A stretch of DNA of 63,766 nt, the filler included, from Dugesia japonica (lineage: Eukaryota): NCBI GenBank assembly GCA_001938525.1. It is 6 parts of 6 records of this genome, joined end to end, with 100 filler letters (N's around TTAATTAATTAA, not from the genome) between each part and the next. Parts side by side here need not be neighbours in the genome. Positions count along the whole stretch, not along the records: positions 45,158 to 55,287 come from MQRL01611832.1; positions 55,388 to 63,766 come from MQRL01311926.1; 4 more parts are not named here. The stretch is one strand, 5' to 3'. A model generated the notes under the pieces. That model did no database searches. It worked only from the letters and a program-made list of their open reading frames with translations, and was not told the DNA's origin. The number at the start of each line of letters is the position of its first letter. The first letter of the stretch is position 1. This document shows, piece after piece, positions 53,288 through 63,766 of this stretch. Made by a program: the position numbers and the translations under genes.

Positions 53288-53650
53288 GGATAATATCCAT
53301 AATTATAATAAATAAAATGGCTCGTAGAGACCCATTTAATGAATTATTATACTATTGTAGTTTATTTTTATTATTTCAATAATCATTGTCTTTCTGTACA
53401 TATACTTTTCAATTTTGTATCATTAAACTTGGGTCCTCTACGCCCGATTTTCATTTTTCGGTATTTTCTAAAATTTAGCATAATAATTATAATAATTACA
53501 TAATAATAATAACCATAATAATAATGATTTTCTTGATAATATTTCTGGCCCAGTTCATCAATTTTGTGTCTACTCTTCTCTAGTTTCGTATACTTTTGCC
53601 AATCTATACATCTTCTATTATTTCAAAATTTGAAGCGTTCCAGCCCAACA
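53288..53650 (-). repeat. Unclassified repeat, homologous to 33493-33860
   Basis: See the 33493 entry; flanked by decayed minus-strand ORFs. Confidence 0.8.
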
Positions 53651-55017
53651 AAATACTGGGGGCCTCAAAATAATTCCGCCCCTAAATTTCTCATTAAATT
53701 CCTTTATTAACCTTGTCCTCAATTCTTCTCATTTTTATATTGATTAGCAAATTTGATTCGGAATAGATTGGTAACAGAACTGCAGACACACTGAGATGAC
53801 CAAATGGACAGCATAGAACTGTCAGAGAACATTTGGTGGCTGGAATTATTAATTCACACATATTTAGTTTTGACATATAAATTGCAATATTTACAAAGTT
53901 TGACGCAGCATAATTTATCGGCACCAGAACAAGTCCTCCTCGGATGCTGAATATGGGCCATTGGTATTGCTTACTTGTCGAAGTCGTAGGATACGACGCA
54001 CTGGATTGACTTAACTGAGGATAAAGAATTCGTGCTCGTTGCCGATTCATGCTGTTTTGATATCTAGATGACATTCTCTGAATTAAAATACAGGTAACAT
54101 GATATGGAATATTTACACATTAAAACATTGGGAGTAAAATTCACTGATTAATCAAATTTTAATTGAGACTGATATTTACAAATTGTTTTAATATTGTGTC
54201 CTTTGTTACTTTTACTGTACTGTATCCTGATTTTATTTTTATGTACAATTTGCTTTACAAATAAATGGCACTGTCTCCTCAAATCTTTTCGACTAACTTC
54301 TGAACCTCATTGAAAAACTGAAAATTTCCAAATCGTCGCCCAATTCCAGAATACATTTCCAATAAAGTCCATCGTCACAATATTAAATATCATTCTCATT
54401 TATTATCCATCCTCCATTTATGCTTCATATATTAGTTCATCGCCTCATCTCGTTTACTTTAATATTATTATTCATTCTGATTCATTATCACATCACGACA
54501 GGATACCTCTCGATCCATTAATTTAATCCCAACATTCATTGTTTTAAATTCTCAACAAGGTTCTAATCTCAATATTTCTTACTCTGCTACTCATTATTCT
54601 GTGATTTATCGTCGTCATCGCTTCTATTTTATTCTGATCTGCTTCATTTGCATTTATTCATCTCTCCACTCATTTAGAATTTATAACTCGCCTCGTTGCC
54701 TTTTATTTACTCATTCATCGCTGCATATCAATTTCAATTACGCTTCTGTTACTATATTATTACTGGTGATTGATTTACCCACTCCACAAATTCGATTCTT
54801 GTTACGATTTTCTGCTGCTAAATGTATATTAAAATTTATTTAATACTTGCCTCACCATTAATACACTTTTAATGTTGCTCCTTTCGATACATGAACGTCA
54901 AATTTCTATTGACTAACATCCAGTTTCTACTACTGAGTAGGTAGATAGTAGCGCACTAGATCACCCCCTCCCCCGCCGACAAAGAAATAATAGAGTAGAG
55001 ATGATAAGTCATAGGTG

Positions 55018-55177
55018 TGAGTCATCGTTGACTCGAGACAAAGACGATGAGTCATCGGCATGACTCATGGAAGGCTAGAACAAAGGAAATGAGTCATAAG
55101 TATGACTCATCGTTAGTAGGATCAAAGATTATGACTCATGATGACTCATCGATGCGCAAGACAAAGCCGATGACTCA
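55018..55177. promoter_or_regulatory. Cluster of eight perfect AP-1/TRE sites TGA(C/G)TCA in about 42-bp units
   Basis: Sites start at 55018, 55048, 55061, 55090, 55103, 55132, 55142 and 55171; units begin with (A/T)CAAAG. Confidence 0.7.
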
Positions 55178-55251
55178 TGCACAAAAATTTTTCTGTCCAT
55201 TTTAACAAAGAACGAAATTCATAGATCAGGAGTCATACTTTTTATTTTTTA

Positions 55252-55283
<32 letters not shown>

Positions 55284-55429
55284 TATTNNNNNNNNNNNNN
55301 NNNNNNNNNNNNNNNNNNNNNNNNNNNNNNNTTAATTAATTAANNNNNNNNNNNNNNNNNNNNNNNNNNNNNNNNNNNNNNNNNNNNATTTTTGTTAAAA
55401 TTAAGTAAAGTTAACGGGTTTTTTTAAGT

Positions 55430-56095
55430 ATATTTTTCCAGAACAATATTAACATTAGCAACGCCGGGCAATAATAACATTAACATTAAATGTTCTCCAG
55501 GCAATATTAATATTAAATATTCCCCAAGCAATATTAATATTAAATATTCCACGGGCAATATAAACATTAATATTTGATGCTCCCCGGAAAGAATTAACAT
55601 TAGCATTAAATGTTCCCCGGGCAATATTAATTATTTCCATGGACAATTTTAACATTAATATTCGATGCTCCACGGGTAATATTAACATTGACATTAAATA
55701 TTACCCGGGTAATATTAATATTATTATTAAATGCTCCCAGAACAATATTATTATTAAATATTCCACGGACAATATTAACATTATCATTCGATGCTCCGCG
55801 GGCAATATTACCTTTATCATTAAATGTTATCCAGGCAATATTAAAATTAAATATTCCCTGAGCAATATTGATATTAAATATTCCCTGGGCAATATTTACA
55901 ATAGTTGCTCATGTTTCATACTAATAGATGTTTAATGGCTCATTCTATTAGTTGCTCTAGGTTTCATACTATTGGATATTCAGTGGCTCATACAATTAAT
56001 TGCTCCAGGGCTCATACTATTAGTAGTTCCAGGGTTTATATTATTGGATGCTCCCTGGCTCGTATTATTAGATGCTTCGACATTAGATGATCCTT
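55430..56095. repeat. Left inverted-repeat arm built of 27-33 bp (GGCAATATTAACATTAAATGTTCCC-like) and about 21 bp (GGCTCATACTATTAGATGCTCC-like) tandem units
   Basis: Two adjacent arrays, mirrored in the same order at 63400-63766. Confidence 0.88.
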
Positions 56096-59000
56096 GGCTT
56101 ATTAATATTTATTGCTCATCCGAGGAAAATCATTGTTAATATTTATATGTTTAATCAAAATTATTCTGTCTTAGTATAATTAATAAAATCAGTATATTAT
56201 TTGTATTCTAAGTAAACTTATTATCAATAATATTATTAAAATTATTTTTATACATTGTTTCCATAACAGTTCTTTTGAATTTCATACCATTACATTACCT
56301 CCTTCGATACGTACAGTCCGACGGAGCGAATGCATCAAGTTTCGTTAGCATCCAATTGAGTCCGTTCTCAATTGAACTTATCGATCAGCTTGTGTAGTTT
56401 TAACTAGACTAAGCTCGATTACAGTATGTGCATCTCTGTCAGCAATGCTTCCAACCCGGTCTCAAATATACTTTGCAACAACTGTATAACTTTTAAAAGA
56501 TAAAAACAGTTAGTCCTCAACGCCAATATTAGGCTAGACACAGATCCGCAAAATGGTAAAGAATTCAAAGTCAACTGTTATTAAATAAATATTTAAATTA
56601 AATCATTATCATTAATTAAAATCAATAAATAAATTCATGATATTAAATTTTAATCAATAAATAAGTTATGAGTATTAATATCCATCNNNNNNNNNNNNNN
56701 NNNNNNNNNNNNNNNNNNNNNATTACAAGAATTCATTGTCGTTAATTAAAATGCATTATATAAGATTATTAATTATTATTAAATAAGAACAATAAATAAA
56801 ATTTAACTTTAAAATAATTATCTAAATCAATTAAGAAAAACATTATTTAAAATTAAAATAGTAAAATAAATATTACATACTAATTATCAATCATATTTTA
56901 ATTAATGTTGTTAAACAAAATTAATTGTGAAATCAAAATAATTAATAAGTTCAAAAATTTTAAACTTAAGAATTTAAAATTTATGAACTTTAAACTTGAT
57001 AATTATAAACTGTTTAATTTTAAACTTGTAAATTTTAAGCTGTTAATTTTTGATTAATATTAATTTCAAACTGATCAATTATAATTTGTATTAATTTTAA
57101 ACTGTTAAATTTTTATTCCTATGAATTTTAAGCTGATAAAATTTGATTCTTATTAAATTTAATCAGATAAAGTCTCATCTTAAAATCTGATGAATTTTAA
57201 GGGTTATGATGAAAGTTGTATTTTCAATGACCAGTTCTATACTTTCTATGCAGTTGTCTCTAATTTTCTATGATGACTCGTGAATTTACCATGATGATAC
57301 TTGTATATTCTTTGATTAAGTGTCTATGTTGTGTAATGAAATTATAATTTTCCATGACAAAGTGATTATTCTCCATGTTGAAGTGTTTATTTTCAATAAT
57401 GAATCCTATATTTTACATGTTGATTTAGAAATTTAATTTAGAATTTTGTGTGATGAAATGTACTTTTAAAACGTTGACTTAGAAATTTTAATGTGATGAA
57501 CTATATTTTTAGTGTGATGGATTATAAGTTTATGTTGTTGGTTTGAATTTTTATCTGCTGACTTAGAAATTTTATTATCTTCCATGTAATCTTTGATTGT
57601 TATTGAATACTATTGTGTAATTTATAAAACTTTTTAATAGAAATATACAATTTTTAAAATGTTTTATTGACTTATATNNNNNNNNNNNNNNNNNNNNNNN
57701 NNNNNNNNNNNNNNNNNNNNNNNNNNNNNNNNNNNNNNNNNNNNNNNNNNNNNNNNNNNNNNNNNNNNNTAAGAATTTTACTGTGATTGAATGAAATTTT
57801 GTGAGATAGAATGTAATTTTAGTGTATTGTTTTACAATTCTGTGTGATGGATTATAATTTTATGTGTTAACTAAGAAATTTGATGTAACAAACTTAAATT
57901 ATGTGTTGCCTTAGAAGTTTTGAAATGTCTTATAATTTTGTATGATAAAAATAATTTTGGTGCATTGATTATAATTTTTATGTGTTAACTTACAATTTTG
58001 TATAATGAAATATAATTTTAATGTAACGGATTACAGTTTTACTGTGATGGAGTATAATTTAGTGTGATAGATTATAATTTTTTATATTGACTTATAAATT
58101 GTATGTGTTAAAACTTGTGTTAAAACGAGTTGTACTTGTTGAGCGTTAATTTATATGGGTTAGAATAGATTTTTGTGAGAACGATTATACTTTGATGTGT
58201 TGGCTTAGATATTTTATGTGAAAACTTAAAATTTTACTTGTTGAGTGTCAATATTCTATGGATTNNNNNNNNNNNNNNNNNNNNNNNNNNNNATTTTAAC
58301 GTATTGAACATTAATTTTTTGAACAGAAATAGAATTGTGTAAATGAATACTATTTTTGTGTGATGGATTATAATTTTTATGTGATGAATGTCACAAAACA
58401 GATTTGATAATATGAATAACGGAATTAATAATATGACTAATAAAACTTTTATGACAAAGATATTTGCTTATGTGACTAATATATTTAATAATATGTCTAA
58501 TGGAATGCAATCAAGTAAGAAATTAATTTATAAGTTTAATTTAATACAAAAGTTTATTTGATTTAATAGTTAATAATATTTATATTGATTTATATTAAGT
58601 AATTTCAGACTTTATTTATGTTAATAATTTGATATTTTAATTAAATTCTTTCATTTATATTTTAAATTAAATCATGACGATTATGATTTAATTACATTTT
58701 TAATGTAATGATTTTATTTATAATGTTAAATTAATTATCATTATAAATTTTATTGTAATGATTTTAAACTCATTATAATATTATCAGTATCTTTTAATGT
58801 AATAATAAGTTAATTTCATTACAGTGTTTATTGTAATGATTTTATTTATATTGTTAATTTAATTATTAAAATTTTTATTGTAATGATTAAAACTTAACAT
58901 AACATTATCAAGTTAAAACTTAATGATTTTAATTTATTGATTTAACTAAATGTATGATGAATATTTTATACGTTGTAAGTAATTTTATAGATTTTAATTA

Positions 59001-59430
59001 ATGACTATGACTTTATTTATTGATTTAATTTGATGCATAAAACTTTAGTGATTTTAATTAATAACCATGAGTTTATTTATTGATTGATTTTAATGCATGC
59101 AACGTTATTTAATAATTTAAATTAATAACATTGACTATTTGATATTTATTAATTTTTAATTTAATTGTTGATTTTAATTAAAAAGATTGGTTTTATTTAT
59201 TAATTTTAATTAATGATTTATTGATTATGATTAATGGCCGTGACTTATTTATTGACTTATTAAAGACTATGATTTATTTATTGATTGATTTTAATTAACA
59301 ACTTTGATTTATTTAATAATTTTAACTTTTGACAATAACCTTTTAATGACCTTGAACTTTTATAGATAACATTTTACAAATGTCTATATACAATAAAAGA
59401 ATAGCTTTATTTATTTAAGAAACTTTCAAA

Positions 59431-62400
59431 ATGTATACAAAGTATTGTTGAAATTCAAGTCATAACGAACACTGTCACGAGATAATGGAAAATTACTACA
59501 GTCTTATTACAGGAAAAAATATTATGTTTGTCCATTAGCATTAAATCAGGGTTAGGTACATACACAGAGTTTTATAAAGCACGTGTACATCAATTTTTGA
59601 AAAATAGAAGATAGTGCTGATGAAAATTCTTCAATGACCTCCATGTAAGAAGTTTAAAGCTGAATCGGAAGTGATAGTTATTGAAGATTATGTTATCAAG
59701 ATTTAACCAGTGGAACCAGAGGTTATAGTTATTGATGATGATATTGAGAAAGAAATGGACTAGAATAATATCCAAATAGTTGATCAACTAAATGAAGAGA
59801 ACCTTGTTGATGAAGATGATGCAGAAGAAGTGTAGCAAAAAATATTTTCAAGAAGAAGAAGCACAAGTTGGTGAATCTATAGACGAATCTGTTATTAAAA
59901 CAGACTTGTACAGATGTCATCAGATCTTAAAATTAGATGTTTTAAGATTTAACATAAGAGAAATAATTTTACCAGATACTTTGGTACAAAAACTGAATAA
60001 AGTAATCGAAGAAATGAAGAATATAAAAATCCAGTTTGGAATTCATGTGGAGTTCATAAGAGATCATGAAATAAAAACTTTTATCATTTATCCAATAGTG
60101 CTGTACTACTTAGTGATAAGTTTTTCGGAGATGAAATTAAGATATTGAATGAGAATATCGTTGTAAGAAGCGAATTAGGAACTACCTGGACACTTAATAA
60201 AATATTAGAAATAAATTTTAAATTGACTAAGATTAGTAAAATAAGTAGATTGTCAGGTCGCAGTTATATTTCAACGCCTGAAATCCTTGTAAGGAAACAA
60301 GCAATTGTGAACGTCAAAAACAAAAATGATAAATGTTTCCAGTATAGCATTCTCGCTTATTTTAAAGTAGATATAGTAAGAAGGAATAAAAACCGACCAG
60401 AAAAATATAAGGAATACTTAGAGGAGCTTACATTTGATGAAAATGATATGCCTATGAAGTTGTCAAATATTCAAAAGTTGGAAAAACAAAACTCAGGATT
60501 GGCTATTAATGTATTATCATGGAATCAGAACTTGGATAAAGTTGATGAAGATGAAGTTGTCATGAAACACCGGAACCTCGATATAATTCATAGATCAAAA
60601 GTTGAGGGTGGACAAAAAATTTATTTATTATTACTTAAGGACGTGAATAAATTTCATTATATTGCCATAGTTAATTTGAATATACATATGAACACAGATA
60701 TTACAAATAAAGGTGTACAAATAAGATCAATATCGTGTCCTAATTGCCTGAATGGATTTAGATACAGCAAAGCTTTTTATACCCATGAATCAATTTGTGA
60801 GAGGATACAAACAGAAACCACACTTTATTCAATACCTACTGACAAGTAATTAATATTCAAGGATAATTCAAAAACGGTTACTCCGTCATATGCAATTTAA
60901 GCTGATTTCGAATCAGTATTGGAAAAGGATCCTGAACATTACCATAAGCATTTTCCTATATCAGCAGGACTTTTGTTAGTGAATAATTTTGCTAACGAAT
61001 ATGAATACCACCAATTTTTCGGATCAGATTGTGTTTACAATTTCTTAATAATGGTTGAAGAAATTACCAAGAACATTGTATACCCTTACTATGAAAAAAA
61101 TATTAAGAAAAAGATGAAAATCACAAAAGAAGAGGAAATTAAATTCAAAGAAACGACTATTTGTCATTTATGTATGAAGGATATAGTGATCATTTCACCT
61201 GTAAATATTTGGGGACTGCATGTTCAAAATGTAATATTAGTAGAAAAATTAGATATGAATTACCAATAGTCTTTCATAATCTTAGAGGTTATGATTTGCG
61301 CCATATAGTGAAATACGGCCTCAGTCAATTTGCACACTGGGATAACTCGTGCATATCAACAACAAGCGAGAAATTCTTATGCTTGATTGTACACTATGGA
61401 AGCGTAACCATAAAGTTTATTGATTCATATCAGTTTATTAATAGCTCGTTGGATGCGGCTGTTAAACAATCAAAACAATTTCTTTAACATCCAAGGAGTT
61501 TAATGACAACAGTATCATCAAATCAAAGCAAATTTTCCCGTAAGATCTTGCTACAAGCCTAACAGTGTTGGAAGAAACCAAATGTATGCCACCAATATGG
61601 AAAGATGTCAATGAAGAATCGTATCAGAAGGCTCTGGAAATGTGGACTATTACTGGTTGCAATAATTTATTGGATAACATCTAAAACTGGATTTATTCCT
61701 GCTAGTTGACTTTTTGCAACAATTTCGAATTAAGTCGCTAGTACACAATGGACTGGAACCACTGACATTCTTTAGAATTCCGGGCATGAGCTGGGCATCA
61801 GCATTGATGATTCTTAAGGATTCCATTGAATTACTTACAGACAATGATTTGTTCACATTTTTCGAGGAAGGAATCCGAGGGGGACTTACATTCGTCAACA
61901 AGCACTATGTAAAATCGGACCAAGACACTGAGCTTTTTTACATCGATATAAATAACTTATATGGATAGACATTAAGTCAGAAATTGCCATATATGGATTT
62001 TCAATGGAGACATACTGGATTAGAGGAAATATTGGACGAATGCAGAACATCGGATCTAGAATTATTACCGTACGGGTACACAGTAGAAGTGGATATTGAA
62101 ATACTGGAAGAGTTGCATGACTATTTAAATGATTTACATGTTGGAGCCGAACATCAGAACCCATCGGGAGGTAAAGTAAAGAAGCTGTTATTAACACATA
62201 ATATCAAACTAAATTATATTGTGCATTGGCGAATTCATTGAACTGTACATGCAACTATTAGTTAGAGTTGTTAAAATTCATAGAGCTGTAAAGTTTACAC
62301 AGTATTATATTTTCAAGAAGTATATAGATAAAAATACCGAGCTAGGATCGAAAAGTACATCAGACCTAGATAAGAATTATTATAAGCTTTTAAACAACAG

Positions 62401-63031
62401 TTTCTCCGGAAAAACAGTAGAAAATCTAAAGAAACAGGGGAATCTCAGAATGTGCAATTCAGTCAAAAAGCTCATTACATCCGAGTCAAAGCCAAGTTTT
62501 AGGAAAATAGTTAAAAATAGACTTTAATTTAATTGCAGTAACCTAAGAATGTTTCAGCTTCAATACATCAAGCTTGAGATATATAGGAAAGATGAAAATT
62601 GCATCATAAATATAGTGGCAGGAGATACCGACAGCTTTGTCCTGGAAATGAAAGGTATTAGATTTGAAAGATTGTTAAAACTGATGGTTCAGGATGAGTT
62701 GTTGGACACTTCAAATTATAATGTAGAACATCCGCTTTATAACAACAAGCTAAATTCAGTAGTAGGGAAATTCAAAGACGAAANNNNNNNNNNNNNNNNN
62801 NNNNNNNNNNNNNNNNNNNNNNNNGAATGTTACAGTCTCCTTGGCGAAAAGAATAGCATGAAGGCTAAGGGAGTAACATTAAAAGATACCGACTTCGTCG
62901 TATCTAGATTTTTACAACAACAATCAATCGGTCTTAGTAGAAAAATTTAGGATAGGTACAAGAAACCACCAATTGTATATATTTAAGGGACTAAAAATAG
63001 CATTGACCAACAATGATGACAAGAGATTATG
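59431..63031 (+). pseudogene. Protein-primed family B DNA polymerase (Polinton type, with an endonuclease VII-like Zn insertion), multiply disrupted
   Basis: Terminal-protein-like region (GTTWTL, GRSYI, NVKNKNDKCF), Exo I ADFES, CHLC..DHFT..GTACSKCN, Exo II FHNLRGYD, IRGG, motif A YIDINNLYG, motif B KLLNNSFSGK, motif C GDTDS, GKFKDE, KAKGV, DDKR. Confidence 0.95.
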
Positions 63032-63399
63032 AACACACAAAAACACCAGTGTTCCATACGAACACTGTAGTTTGGCCGCAATAAATAAGACTTCGGATCA
63101 ATCAATAGAACAGAATTTGAACTTATTAGAAATTTATTTTATTATTTAGCAATTAAACGATGAATCCAAACAAAATGCATGTGTTCCAACTAGATTTTAA
63201 TGAACAGATTTTTATTGAACTTATATTATTAATTGTTTGTTATTTTATGTAATAAATTTTTTTCAATGTGATTAGTGTTTTGATTTTTTATTTTATTGTT
63301 AATATTATGAACCATTAATGTTAGGGTTAATATTACCGAGCACAACTAATATTAATGGAACTGGGAACATCTAATGTCAGGAACATTGAATAATTTGTT

Positions 63400-63766
63400 C
63401 AGGGATCATCTAATGTCGGAGTAACTAATAGTATGAGCCAGACAACATCTATTGTCGGGGCATCTAATGGTATGAGCCAGGGAGCATATAATGTCGGATG
63501 TAACCAAGAGTGTGAACCCATAGACATCTCTAAGTATCAGCTCTGGAACAACTACTAGTATGAACCATTAAACATCTAATAGTATGAAGCAACTATATGA
63601 AGCACCTATATGAAGCAACTAATAGTATGAACCATTGAACATCTATTAGTATGAAACATGAGCAACTAATGTTAATATTATCCGGGCAATATTTAATTTT
63701 AATATTGCCTGGGTAACATTTTATGTTAATGGTAATATTACCTGGGGAGCATCGAATATTAATGTT
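63400..63766. repeat. Right inverted-repeat arm (truncated by the window end)
   Basis: Its reverse complement contains TAGTTGCTCATGTTTCATACTAATAGATGTT and CCAGGCAATATTAAAATTAAATATT, both present in 55830-55935. Confidence 0.88.

Larger units (their letters stand above)
54936..63766 (+). mobile_element. Inverted-repeat-bounded Polinton-related element with pPolB as its only recognisable gene (right end beyond the window)
   Basis: Terminus AGTAGGTAGATAGTAG at 54936, in the preceding contig. 55775-56095 is the diverged reverse complement of 63400-63766. pPolB lies between the two arms. Confidence 0.75.

Noticed and set aside
55424-56090. ORFs over the repeat arm
   Set aside because: Translations merely reflect tandem repeat periodicity in several frames; no coding signal.
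33860-63766. Capsid block and the 59-63 kb pPolB as one continuous Polinton
   Set aside because: They are separated by two linkers, a Gypsy fragment and a host gene, differ in base composition, and the pPolB has its own inverted repeats.

Overview
AT-rich animal genomic scaffold, inferred to be flatworm/planarian-like from its 41-57 bp GT-AG introns and gene content; the host is not proven. It is six contigs joined by artificial 100-bp N44-TTAATTAATTAA-N44 linkers, so adjacency across those points is uncertain. Host genes: the 3' part of ELP1 (9 exons traced), four internal exons of a P2X receptor, three 5' exons of a PGAP2/FRAG1-family gene, and a disrupted core-2/I-branching GlcNAc-transferase exon. 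Most of the rest is mobile DNA: hAT MITEs with TIRs and TSDs, mariner and Ty3/Gypsy remnants, and a 150-bp inverted repeat carrying a minimal Penelope-type hammerhead ribozyme in each arm. There are also three Polinton/adintovirus-related loci. (i) A degraded virion module at 33.9-43 kb: MCP, PLA2-integrase, packaging ATPase, core protein, penton, adenain protease, fibre-like repeats and a probable pPolB 5' stub. (ii) A roughly 9-10 kb element from 54,936 to beyond the window end, bounded by long inverted repeats, whose only recognisable gene is a protein-primed DNA polymerase B and whose left end carries eight AP-1 sites. (iii) A deleted relative of that polymerase at 11.6-12.6 kb. A shared AGTAGG(T/G)(A/G)GAT terminus occurs six times. 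All viral genes carry stops or frameshifts. Protein calls come from motif recognition by eye, not database searches.
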